This document shows, in pieces, positions 25,326-38,068 of a DNA stretch of 64,000 nucleotides (position 1 is its first letter; the number at the start of each line of letters is the position of its first letter). Position numbers and translations under genes: made by a program. A model generated the notes under the pieces. The model did no database searches, was not told where the DNA came from, and worked only from the letters and a program-made list of their open reading frames with translations. This DNA comes from Coniocarpon cinnabarinum (lineage: Eukaryota): contig JAVECO010000060.1 of the NCBI GenBank assembly GCA_051942205.1, positions 1 through 64,000 on the forward strand, in the 5' to 3' direction.

Positions 25326-26830
25326 CCTTCTGCTTGAACAAGTTCGATGGCCTCTCGACTGCGGGAAGCGCGAGAGAGTGTAAAGGCGTCGGATGGTTTA
25401 AATTTCTTCTGAGTAACGTAGCAAGCCAACATTTAAAGATTCTGAAGAATGGCTTGAGCGAGACAGATACCTGGTGAAGAATGAAGTAGGGCTTGCAAGG
25501 CGTGACACGCTGTGGTGTTTGACAGGATGATGGAGCCGGTGTTGCTGCGGTTAGCTGCAGTATGTGGAGATCACAAGCAGAGCAAAGCCAAGCGTATCGC
25601 AAAGCAATCATATAGCTTACGGATGCGATATGTGGCAGACATCACACAAATGGTGCAAATGACTAAGGAAGTATGAGCAGGGAACGAAATTCTTGTCCTG
25701 ATATCGTTTGTAAACATATGATGATCGAGCATACGAGGGCGGCTCGCACCGTAGAGTCTTCGAAAATGATAGGCTGCTGAGTACCTCGACCTTGCCGCTC
25801 TGCTTCTAAAACATGGGGAAAGGGCCTTAGACGTACTGCTGAGCCCCTTCCAAAGCAATTCTGTGCTCTGATTCTCCCCGCGACAAACGATGACCGACGC
25901 GCTACGTGAAAAAAACCTTTTGACGGCAACTACGATCATTACCTCTCCAATTCTCACCGAAGTCCCCACGATGTAAATCCAGAATGATAGCTGGAGAGAT
26001 CTGTTTCCAATTCACATAGTCCAGCTATTCCCGCCATCCGCGATTTACCTCGACGGCACAGTGTTTAAAAGTTCCACTGGACCCAAATCGTCGGATTCAG
26101 GAGAAATGGTGTCTACCGGACTCTCGATTTACTTGTAGTGGCAAGCATGGAGAGGTTTTCTCTGAGTTGTAGGATGGGCGTAGGCGTTGATCTGCCTTCG
26201 AATTTGATGCGCGCCGTCAACTTTTTGCCTGCAGATTGAAATTCGAGAAATGAAGTTCCTGAGGCTTCATTCGGTTTCGCCATGTGGCGCTCGAGACATA
26301 GGAGGGTGACCGCCTAAGACTCAGGGAAGTGGACTCGTATTAGTCTCCATACTTGGGCCTGTCCACTCAGGCATAGTGACAAGTGAGTCTGTAAGCGGCT
26401 GCAGATTTATTTATGCACCAGTTCATAAGAAAATGAATCATCAGATTATTCTCACAAGGTCTTTCGCAGGCTGCGAAGAGCAAAAGGCTTGCTTGAAGTA
26501 CGGGCATCAGTCTTCTCTAATAAGCGCCCGGTGGACTGACGTTCGACGGCACACGAGGCTCGGGTGGCGGGCAGCGCGTTTTAGTTGCAGAAGGCATGAC
26601 GCGGATGCAGGAGCTTGCTTGCCCTAGCACGGGCGCATGTAAGTTGAAGCGTCCTCAAGACGCTACAACCTCAGATGTACCTCGACCAAACGAGCCATGC
26701 TCGCAGGTGATGTATACAAGAGGCGGCATGACAGACGGGTCGCATGCGCTTAGGCAGGGTATCATATTTCTGTACATCTTATCGTTTCTCACTTCCGGCA
26801 CAATATTGCTATTATCCAGAGCCTGCAAGA

Positions 26831-28357
26831 ATGAGCGCGCTCATAGAGACGTCACTTGGTGACCTAACCATCGACTTATTGGTTGAAGAGGCGCCGAAAG
26901 CTAGCGAGAAGTAAGTTTTCCGCTGATTATACCTACTAAGGCTTCTATTCCTACTGGCAGATCTTCGAAGCTGATTGTTTGAAGTTCAATATCCTGACGT
27001 GTCCAGCTTTCTGAAGCTTTGCAAGCTCAAATATTTCAATTTTTCGCCGATTCACACGGTTCAACCGAGTTTCTCGCTGCAGACTGGGGATCCCATCGGT
27101 CCTGGGTCCGCAGACAGCGATGGCGGCTCTTCGATCTGGGGCCTGCTTCCCCAAGCTCCTATCTCGAAGAAAACATTCATACCCGAAATGAGTTCGAAAC
27201 TGAAGCACACCGAACGTGGCACCGTCAGCTTTGCGACTACTCCTAGCAACGCGGATCCGGACGTTCGAGAGGCTGCAAGCCAGTTTCTCATCACATTGGG
27301 CGACAATCTAGACTACTTGGATGGCAAAGCCGCCATTTTTGGAAGAGTCGTGGAAGGCTTCGATACCCTCGAGAAGATCAATACCGCATTTCTCGACCAT
27401 GACGGACGCCCGCTCAAAGATATTCGTATACGTCACACCATAGTCCTCGACGAAGCAGGCATCCCTGATCCACCGGGCTTCGCCGAGCCTCCCTCATCTC
27501 CCGTGCCTACTTCTGCGCAACTAGCCACCGTGCGGATTGCAGATGACGAAGAGCTGGACGAAAATGCGGACCAGGAAGCGCTGGAGCAGGTGCGGAAAGA
27601 GCGAGAAGCTCGTGCACAAGCACTGACGTTGGAAATGGTAGGAGATCTGCCATTTGCTGAAGTCGCGCCACCGGAAAACGTACTCTTCGTATGCAAACTG
27701 AATCCAGTGACACAAGACGAGGACCTGGAACTGATCTTTGGCCGCTTTGGAAAGATCCTCTCGTGTGAGGTTATTCGAGACAAGAAGACGGGGGACAGCT
27801 TGCAATACGCATTCATCGAATTTGCGGAACAAAAGTCATGCGAGCAAGCGTATTTCAAGATGGATGGCGTTCTGATTGATGATCACCGTATCCATGTTGA
27901 TTTCAGTCAAAGCGTCAGCCGGATGGCGGACGTGTGGGACAGAGTCAAGGGAGGCAGATGGAGCGGAGGTGGCCGTGGAGGATTTGGTGGCGTCGAGAGC
28001 CTGGAGAAGAAGAGACAATATCGTGCGGAGGATGACAGACCAAAGGGGCGGCAAGACGGACACAGCATGGTGTTTAACGACCGTTCGCGGAATCACGACA
28101 ACAACCACAACAGGGACAAGGACAGACACGAGCGAGAGCGTCCGCGTCATGGAGCAAAACCCCGGCACGATGATCGCTCACGCCGAAATTACTCGAGGAG
28201 CAGGAGCCCGCCGCCACGACACCGAGATCGCAGCCACGACAAGTACCGCGATGACCACGATCGAAGGCGCTTTCGTAGTCCCGACCGCCATCGCGAACGC
28301 GACAGACGACGTGATCGCAGTCGAAATGGGTACAGAGCTGAGAGGTATCGTCCTTGA
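26831..28357 (+). CDS. PPIL4: Peptidyl-prolyl cis-trans isomerase-like 4 (cyclophilin + RRM + RS/RD-rich tail)
   Basis: [16 protein letters not shown]...[16 protein letters not shown] (intron 26911-27006). QTGDP and [15 protein letters not shown] cyclophilin motifs. [18 protein letters not shown]...SLQYAFIEF...[13 protein letters not shown]. Confidence 0.95.
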
Positions 28358-29115
28358 CCATCCGAGACGCCATGACAGACACAGAACGCATTCAAGGATG
28401 TCCACGTGCCCCAACAGTACCACTGCTGAGGCGTCAGTCATCCTGAGCCACACGAGGACGCTCCTCGCTTATGTTCGATGACCCTCGGCCAATTCTGGGT
28501 GTCGCATTCTCTTCTTCTCCGTCTTGTACTATGGCAAACTCGCCCAGTCGCGTTTTCGACGATGGTCTCTAGTATTTGTCAAAAGCAGTCCCACATACCT
28601 TGACTGCCTCAATTATTGTAGGAGACATCCACGGGTTCTGGCATGGGCCTGGTCCAATTGCATTGCCTGTCACATTTGCAGAGCACCGACCAATCCACGC
28701 CCAAGGACGCCTAGCATACCTATTTCTAACACTCATGTGGATCTCCATGTCATTCACGTATCGTACAGTGCTCTTAGTGTGCTACTCTATTGACTCTGCT
28801 CTATAGATGAGGCCCATTATCGTACAACCCTCACACAACCTGGGCCTCCCGCAACGTTGGGAAGAACGCCGAACGGCCCGCCCTTCCGATGGCTGTATAT
28901 TTCCTTCAACGTCCGGGTAGATGCAGCGCGCTCTAGTATCACAAAGTCAACAGTGCTGAAGCCTCCACTGCTGTCGTTCCGAGCTTCGTGCGTGCAACGC
29001 CAACGCTATGCAACACCGTCGTCTCATTCATGGCAGTCGTCTCAACATTCACATCTGCTCATTACGGACCACTCGCACTCCTGACGCACCCCGCATGCTG
29101 ACAGATAGTAGTCCA

Positions 29116-32100
29116 TCAGTTCCACACGACGCTCAATTTCTGCTTCTCAATCATGCTCTTCTGCCGCTCGTTCCTGCTGACGCGCCAATACTCGTCCACG
29201 AAATCAATGGCGCGCATGTCCTTGAGAAAGTCCTCGTCGTGCGTGATGACGATGAGCTGAAAGTTCTGCTGCATGCTCGCGCGGCTCTTGATGATTTGAT
29301 TGAGACTCGCCGCCAGGGCGCGGATGTTGTCGCGGTCCAGGTTCGTGGTCGGCTCGTCCAGCGCCATGACACCGCAGTTGGCGCCGAAGCACTCGGCCAG
29401 CGCGAGTCGAATGATGATGGAGGCCAGGACCTTCTGTCCGGCGGAGCAGCGACCGCGCATGTCCATTTCGGCGTCCTGCTTCATCATGCAGACGCGGTAG
29501 TTGTAGGACTTGTTGCCTGCGCGCGCAGTGCTGGACTCTGTGTCAGAACGGATGAGGACCGTGTCAACGTCTGTGCCTTGGTAGGTGCGGCGCCAGAGAT
29601 CATCCACAATTTCGTTGATCTCGTTCATCTTGAGTGAATGGTAGCGCATAATGGCGCTGTCGAGTGCCCCGGAATATCGCTGCAGATCTATGACAGCCGC
29701 TTTGGTAGCCTCGACCTTGACGTGAGCTTCTCGATATCGGTAGGCGGCGCCGTCGTAAAGGGTCTCCCAATCCTTGATAAGGCGCTCGAGTTCTTGATCT
29801 TTGGACTTGAGTTCCCCAATGATTCCTGCGTTGTCAGCATTCAGCTTGTTGCGACGATGCTGCCACTTGCTGGCTTCTTGCGCCCAGTGCTGGCGATCCG
29901 CCTCTGCGTTGTGGGACTCAAGCTCTTCAATCTCGCTGTACGTTGCATCCAACGAGCGGCGATTATTGCGATAACGAATATTCTGGTGGATCTGATGTTG
30001 GGTCTGCCCATGCTTGGTTTCCTCTTCTTTGAGCTTGTTGATCTCGGACGTGACCGTCTTCAACTCCTTTTCGAGTCGGGCGAGATCCGAGTGGAGAGAA
30101 TTTATAGCACGCTCGCAAGACTGCAGTTGGGAGGGAATATTAGCGTCCTCATATGATCGGATATCGTGGCTGGCGTTTTCGAGTTTGCTCAGAGTGTTGG
30201 ACAGGTCGTTCATGCCGTCCTGGATTTCTGCGATGCGTTTCTCGCCGCGGTTCGACGTGTCATCAAGTTTGAGTTGCGTTTGCTCAATCTCTGGGTTGAG
30301 TCCAGACAGCTCCTGGTCGGCCTCAGTGAGCGTCGAGCGAAGTGCTTCCACTTGACGCTTGACCTCTTCCGCCTGGTTCTTCAGACTTGCCTTCTTCTCA
30401 AGCTGCTGCGTCACATGACTGAGGGAGCTGCGTTCGTCGCGGAGAGCAAGCTCTAGTCTGGTCATGTTGGTTTGGGCCTGCTCGCGTTCGGCACGCAGCC
30501 GTGACAAAGTGGCGTCTGTGGTGCGTCTCTGCTCGTTGGCTTCTTTGATTTGTGCGTGAAGTTCATCAGTGGACTTCATGGAGCTAGATTGAGACTGCTT
30601 TTGCGTAAAGCTTTGCAAATCTCCCTCCAAACGAGCGATGTTGCTGACGTGATCAGAAATCTTGCGAACCGTGTCTGCCCATGAATCGAGTTCTGATTTG
30701 CTCGACTGGTGCTTCTGCACCTCCACATCCTCTCGTTCAATTTTCCTCGACAGCTCTTCTTGTTTCGGTTCCAACTGATCAACGTCTTTCTGAGCTTGGG
30801 GAATCTCAACGTCGCGAAGATGGACCCATCTATCGTACGCAGGCTTAACTTGCTTCATTTCCTTCAAAGCACTCTCGAAGTCAGCTTTATTCTGTTCTTT
30901 CAGGTTTTGCTCAGCCTTTCTGAGGTTCTCTTGAATCTTCTTGCGAATCGCCGTTTTTTCTGACTCGGCCTTGAACGACCTACTACAAAGCGTGCACATA
31001 TTCTTGTCATCCAGCACGCGCTGACAGCCTTGGTAGTATTTCTGCAACTCCACAAAGTTGTTGCTATCACTTGCCAGTTGTTCGTAGTCCTGCTCGACAT
31101 TCGCTAAGATCTCCTCGAATTGTGATGGATCCTCCCCCTCTTGACAGACATCCTGGACCTTCTTTTGAAGTTTGTCATGCTCAGCTTTTTTCTCCTTGAG
31201 TTCGCCACGAGCAGCTTTTAATTTGTACTTGATTTGTTGCAGCTCCTGATCCATGCCATCGCGCTGCTTCTCAGCTTTTCGAAGCCCTGAAGCCTTTGAG
31301 GACTGCGCATCTAAAAATTGCTTCCACACGTCTGGCAAGCTCCACGATGACCCGACAGCGCGAGCTATATCATCCTTGTGAGCGCCCTCGAGAGATTGCA
31401 GCTCCAGCTTGGTTTTGTTCAGATCTTGCTTCAGAAGAGCCGCCCGGCTAGCCTCGTCATTGTGTTTAGAGGCCTGAACTAGATCTGACTGCAGCTGATC
31501 AGATGTGCGATCATAAGATTGAAGTTTGTCCTGCAGCTCGCCGATTCGTTGATCCCACCCTCCTTTCTCCCACGTTTCGTTTGCTGCTGAAAGCTTGGCT
31601 TGAACCTCATTTACATTGCTCTGAAGGACGGCTTGCCGACCTTCGTCAACGTTAATAGCGTTTGCTTCAGCTCGCAGTCTCTGCGCTTTGTTGTCTTCGT
31701 CACCGACAGCTTTTCTAGTGGTGTGGAGATTGCTGAGCAACGTCGACTTGCGGTTGTTGAGCGTGTTCAGGGCGTCTTGTACCTTCTTAGTGTCCTCTCG
31801 AGATTGTTTCTGAGCTCGTTCAAGGACCGAGCGCTGATCTTTTGCCATCTTAGCAATCCGGTCAATAAAGTCTTTGATGTGGTCCTCTTCAAGCTCTTGG
31901 TCAAAACCCCGGATGCCATGCTCGTGCGCTGATCGTTTAATCAATTCCTCGCGTCGGCAAATTTGACTGTCATATTGCTCTTTTGCTGCATGTAACTTGC
32001 CCTTTTCCTGACCTTTCTGCTCCGTTTTCCGGCGCGTGTCCGCAATCTGGGTCTCGAGATCGTGATAATTCTGAAGCTTGCTCTGTCGATCCTCTTGGAA

Positions 32101-33048
32101 ATGGGCGACTCGATCTTGATATTTCTCAAGCATTGACTGCAGCTCTTCATTGGAATTATCCATGACTTTCGTGTTTTCCTCGAGATCTTTCAAGCTGTCT
32201 TCCTTTGCTTTCGCTTCTATGCGCTTTCCGTTCAATGCCGAGATGATCTCGTTGAAACCAGCCGCTGTGTCTTGTGCGTGGCCGTACTTCTCCTCAGCCT
32301 CGGTGATTTGGTTTTGCAGTGTCCGAGACTTGTCGCGAAGAGTCTGAATCTCGCTGTCGAGCTGGCTCTGTTGCTTCTCTGACTTCTCGCCCTTTGACTT
32401 CTCTTCCTTTGCGTAATTCTCAACCGTTTTGAGCTCTGAAAGCTGATCTTGGTACTTTTTTCGTAGCACTTTGATGTTGTCAATAGCCTTTGTGTACTTC
32501 ATAGCCTCGAAGATTTCATCAAACTTCTTTTTGAGTACGCTGGGTTCACTCATAGGCCATAAACTCTCATCCTGATGGCAGAAGATCACGTTGTCTAAAA
32601 TAGACTTTGAGACGCCGAGATACATGGGCACCATTTGATCGAGTTCCGCAACCCTCGATGATATAGCGGTGCGCTCTCCATTTGCACTCAAGGTCAAGGC
32701 ACCTTCAAGTGATTTCATCGACCTCTGGTTCTTCTTGACAGTAAGCTGTAGTCGACGACTGCAGACCATTTTCTTTTCTTGAGTGTTCAGGTATGATAAC
32801 CTGCAAACAGCAAGAACTTCTTTCTCTCCGGCGAGCTTCGGGTCATGGATGAATGCTCCACCTTTGCTGTTCGGAGGCAGGTCCCCAGTGGTGAGGTATT
32901 TGAGGCACTCAATGATGGTTGTTTTCCCTGAGCCATTGTGACCAACGATAAGCGTGAGAGGCGATGTGAACTGGATGACGGAAGAAGTCTGAAAATCGAA
33001 AGAGCGGATGCCCATGACGGACAGCTTATCGAGCTTTGCGTGAGACAT
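29116..33048 (-). CDS. RAD50: DNA repair protein Rad50 (MRN/MRX complex), intronless
   Basis: Walker A GHNGSGKT, Q-loop FCHQDES, long coiled coils with zinc hook CTLC, signature RCSAGQK, Walker B/D-loop ALDEPTTNLD and H-loop ITHD. First ATG at 33048. Confidence 0.98.
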   Translation of the reverse strand: MSHAKLDKLSVMGIRSFDFQTSSVIQFTSPLTLIVGHNGSGKTTIIECLKYLTTGDLPPNSKGGAFIHDPKLAGEKEVLAVCRLSYLNTQEKKMVCSRRLQLTVKKNQRSMKSLEGALTLSANGERTAISSRVAELDQMVPMYLGVSKSILDNVIFCHQDESLWPMSEPSVLKKKFDEIFEAMKYTKAIDNIKVLRKKYQDQLSELKTVENYAKEEKSKGEKSEKQQSQLDSEIQTLRDKSRTLQNQITEAEEKYGHAQDTAAGFNEIISALNGKRIEAKAKEDSLKDLEENTKVMDNSNEELQSMLEKYQDRVAHFQEDRQSKLQNYHDLETQIADTRRKTEQKGQEKGKLHAAKEQYDSQICRREELIKRSAHEHGIRGFDQELEEDHIKDFIDRIAKMAKDQRSVLERAQKQSREDTKKVQDALNTLNNRKSTLLSNLHTTRKAVGDEDNKAQRLRAEANAINVDEGRQAVLQSNVNEVQAKLSAANETWEKGGWDQRIGELQDKLQSYDRTSDQLQSDLVQASKHNDEASRAALLKQDLNKTKLELQSLEGAHKDDIARAVGSSWSLPDVWKQFLDAQSSKASGLRKAEKQRDGMDQELQQIKYKLKAARGELKEKKAEHDKLQKKVQDVCQEGEDPSQFEEILANVEQDYEQLASDSNNFVELQKYYQGCQRVLDDKNMCTLCSRSFKAESEKTAIRKKIQENLRKAEQNLKEQNKADFESALKEMKQVKPAYDRWVHLRDVEIPQAQKDVDQLEPKQEELSRKIEREDVEVQKHQSSKSELDSWADTVRKISDHVSNIARLEGDLQSFTQKQSQSSSMKSTDELHAQIKEANEQRRTTDATLSRLRAEREQAQTNMTRLELALRDERSSLSHVTQQLEKKASLKNQAEEVKRQVEALRSTLTEADQELSGLNPEIEQTQLKLDDTSNRGEKRIAEIQDGMNDLSNTLSKLENASHDIRSYEDANIPSQLQSCERAINSLHSDLARLEKELKTVTSEINKLKEEETKHGQTQHQIHQNIRYRNNRRSLDATYSEIEELESHNAEADRQHWAQEASKWQHRRNKLNADNAGIIGELKSKDQELERLIKDWETLYDGAAYRYREAHVKVEATKAAVIDLQRYSGALDSAIMRYHSLKMNEINEIVDDLWRRTYQGTDVDTVLIRSDTESSTARAGNKSYNYRVCMMKQDAEMDMRGRCSAGQKVLASIIIRLALAECFGANCGVMALDEPTTNLDRDNIRALAASLNQIIKSRASMQQNFQLIVITHDEDFLKDMRAIDFVDEYWRVSRNERQKSMIEKQKLSVVWN

Positions 33049-33500
33049 TGCGGCGACACAATCCAGTCCACGCAAAGGAAAGGTAATTGCTTAGGCTGAC
33101 TGGTGGATGCTGGAGCCGTTATAGGGTGGTCATAATGGGATCAGTAACAAGCACGACAGTCGTTGAGGCTGCGGTTGTTGTTTTCGCAAGTATTTACATC
33201 CTGACGAAGCTTTGGTACAATGTTCTAGGCAACCAAGACAATTTTCATGGAGCACGCGCCAACGTGACCTGACGCGTTTCGGCTTCGGGTAAGAGTGGGG
33301 CGCTAATGGAATGACCAAAATGGGTAATCAGGATATATGACGTGTAACTTTGGCGTATCCACTCGCTCTGGCAGTCTCGATAATATCAATGGTACACATC
33401 ACGGAACGGAGAACGATGGCAAAGAGTCACAAGCGGATACTCGAGCCAATATCTACTTGCGGAACTCGCAATCAGTCTCAAGTCATCTCATAGGCCTGTC
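33049..33500. promoter_or_regulatory. Divergent RAD50/LYS1 promoter with MCB element and Gcn4/CpcA-type site
   Basis: ACGCGT at 33272-33277 (plus CACGCG near 33253). GAGTCA (=TGACTC) at 33424-33429, about 70 bp before the LYS1 ATG. Confidence 0.5.
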
Positions 33501-34844
<1,344 letters not shown>

Positions 34845-35540
34845 CGGGAGGGTTGTACAGTGAGAGGCGTCAGGTGAGGCGCTTGAGGCGGTGCTGCTCG
34901 ATCTCCGATGACATCCGTATTTCCACATGCGATCCGGGGCCCAGTATACGGATCGTGATCTAGACAGAGGACCCTTGGCGACAAGAGCTTGGGCCGGACG
35001 AGACCCTGCAGCTGTTCTTCCTCAGGGCGCAAGGGCTGCCGGCTTATTTCTTCAGAGCGTGCACCGCTCCTCTCTCGTCTTGTCTTGTTCCCTGGCGGCG
35101 CTGGGGAGAGACCTCTGCCTGCGCACAGGTCTCGGACCGAGCGAGCTGAGGGAGCTATGCCTGCGCAGATGCCGCTAAACCGTAGCAAGCAGCCCGTGAT
35201 AGATGGATCGTTCTGCCGAAGAAACACCTGCGTCAACCGGACGAGGCACCACCACCTCTTCTCTGAGATCTTCTCTGAGCTTGCCTCTACCATCTACCAC
35301 GCTCGCCATCCCCCGCGCACGCAGGCACTCTGCACGCGCGCAGCTGCATCCTCCGACGGGGCCTCTTGACTGACTTTGCACCTCCTCACAGTCCAGGTTC
35401 ATCCACGACGACCAGGTTGCTGACTATTCACTTCTGCGTACCAAGAAACGCCACTCTCTGGACCTCCATGTCACCATGAGCCTTGACACGCCGCAATCAA
35501 CCCCCGCTCCGGCTCTGATTGCATCTCACGTGACTGCGTC

Positions 35541-37758
35541 ATGTCTCTGCAGGATGGCACGGTTGGTTGCGCATGCGTCTTCTGCGGCGTTGCTGTTGCT
35601 GACCTATGCGCAGACGAACCCGAACGACCCGCAGGAACAGGATATGTTCGACTTTGGTGACGGTACTCAGCTGAATGACTTTGACGCAAGTCTTCTAGGA
35701 AATGACGTCGATTTTGGCAACCTGGGGGATGATCCCAACTCCATGTTCCCCACCTCTTTAGAGCCTACGCTGTCGCCGCAAGATCCTTCTCAGTTACAGA
35801 ACATCCCACAACCTTCAGTCGAGCTGTCGCAGCCGACAGGTCAACGCCAATTTGCAGATACTCAATCCACCGCCGAAGACCAGCACGAGGCGCAAGATGT
35901 GTCCATGTCAGGAGTTGGTGCAGGACCACTGCCAACAGGCTTCGGTGTACAGCTACCCGCGAACGCCGGCAGTACTCTTACCGACTTCACCAAGAGACGG
36001 AACTGGAGCGCGCGTGTGGTAGAAGAAATCAAAGACTTTCTACACATCCTTACGCCCGACGGCCGTATCATGTACGTGTCTCCGTCGGCGAAACCGCTTA
36101 CAGGCCACGAAACGTCACAACTCGTAGGCAAGTTCATGACGTCGTTCGTTCATCCAGACGACAATAGCATGTATGTGCGCGAGTTCAACGAATCCATCGC
36201 CAGTGGCAATCCACTGCGTTTCTTCTTTCGGTTTCGCAAGGCCGACGATTCCTATGGCATCTTTGAGTCACACGGTCATCCTCATTTTTCGTCCGATGTA
36301 TCGAATCTCGGCGGGTCATCCCATTCACTAGGCTTCTGTCGCGGCTTCTTTATGATGGCGCGACCTTACCCTACGAAGAACTCAGCTCTTCTCGACTCAT
36401 TCCTTGAACACAAGATTGAGAGCGAGCGCCTCAAGAAGCGCATCACAGACCTGAAGCGCGAAGAGCAGGAGGAGCTCCATCAGCAGTACATGTCACCGTC
36501 TGCGCCCTCTGCTTCTATGCCTCCCAAACAAGTTTCCCACGCTTCCGTCTCTCCTTCAGATGCAGCAGCCGCCGCCCAATATCAACATCAACGCCACCCA
36601 TCCTCTGGTGATGCCAATGTCCCGTCCTCTCCTCATACGTACAGCGCCATGCCGCCACCAGCCAAGCCTCCGGTTTCCAACTTTGCGCTCACACAACGCA
36701 ACCTTGGGGAAGCTGCTGCGGCTTCCCGCCCGGACTCGATTAACGACAAAATGATGCGCTACGAAGGTGCCAACCACATCGAGGGTATCGAAATGCTCAC
36801 GGGGCTGCGCTACCGCGAAGGTGAGCGCTCGAAAGGTATTTCCACTGGAGCAATGTCGCCCATGCTTGTCCGCGGTGACCAAGGAATCGAGATTCCTCCA
36901 AATCCCACCCGCAATGGTCGCGATGTCGAGCGCCACTCGGACAGCCCTCTGGGCGGTGAGAGTGACAAGAAGAAGAAAATGAAGGTCACCGACGAATACG
37001 TGTGCACCGATTGCGGCACGCTGGATTCGCCCGAGTGGAGAAGAGGTCCAAATGGACCCAAAACGCTATGTAATGCTTGCGGTCTCAGGTGGGCGAAGCA
37101 AGAAAAGAAGAGGACCGGGCAAGGCTCCGTGCCCAATGGGGCCACCAACTCAGGAGGGACACCTGGCGTTGGGGGAACCAAGCCTTCTCCTATGGTTCCT
37201 GGCGCCGGCGGTGGAGGCGCAGCGCCAGGCGGACAGGCCAGCGCTGGTATGCAGCAAGGGCAGGAGGATCCGCTGAGCCCCGGTGGCGATGCAGGCTCGC
37301 GAGTAAACAATGGCGCAACACAACAGTCAGGTGGGCGCGTTGTGCCAGCAGCAGGGAGTTCGGCAAATGTGCCTGGTCCAATTATGTCACAAGGGACCGC
37401 TGGCGATATGCGTAGCCCTATGGCAGGCTCACAACCACCAGCCCATCCGTCCAGCATGTCTGGTCATCCATCACATAATGCTCACTCAACTCACAGCGCG
37501 CCGAATGTGCCAATGGATGCTCCGAATCCAATGCTAAATGCTGGTGGTATGGGCATGCAAGGCGCCATCAGCGGCAACAACAACACTCCGGGTGGCGCTG
37601 TGTCTGGTGTGAATCCCGTTGATTTCAGCGGCGGCCAAGGTGGTATGACTGATATGATGGACTTCATGAATGGATTTGCAACACATGGGTCACAACAGCC
37701 GCAATCACGAGGATTCGGTGATCCAGGTGGGGGAGGTGGTCCCGGACAAGGACGATAG
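35541..37758 (+). CDS. wc-2: White Collar-2 / LreB (PAS domain + GATA zinc finger blue-light regulator)
   Basis: [39 protein letters not shown] (PAS), [43 protein letters not shown] and [34 protein letters not shown]. Likely start is ATG 35541 with intron 35562-35613; ATG 35476 applies if the intron is retained. Confidence 0.95.
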
Positions 37759-38068
37759 CGCTGATGGGGATGAGTTGGGTTTACATGTGCTGCAGCTAAG
37801 CAAGAGATGAGTGTACACTTTGTTCGACGTCATGGCGAGACGTACTTATGTCGTGCACGATTGCATGGCGTTTTCCGAGGTCTTGTTCAAAGGGATGAAT
37901 TACATTTGTGACGGAAGATTGAAATATAAAACCGTTTTCTGGTCAATATCGACATCGCTTCATCTACTTCATCTACTTCATCTTATCGTTGCCTGCAATG
38001 TTACAATCGTATTGCATGTTTGCTCTTCGCTTTGCCGTCTAGTGCCCAAGAAATCCAACGCTACCGCC

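Noticed and set aside
28060..28357. Repetitive CGA/GAC-rich DNA with multiple overlapping ORFs
   Set aside because: Encodes the normal RS/RD-rich tail of PPIL4.
29008..33071. Numerous antisense ORFs over RAD50 (likewise over Nup2, wc-2, SEY1 and others)
   Set aside because: Expected antisense shadows of long coding sequences; no independent motifs.
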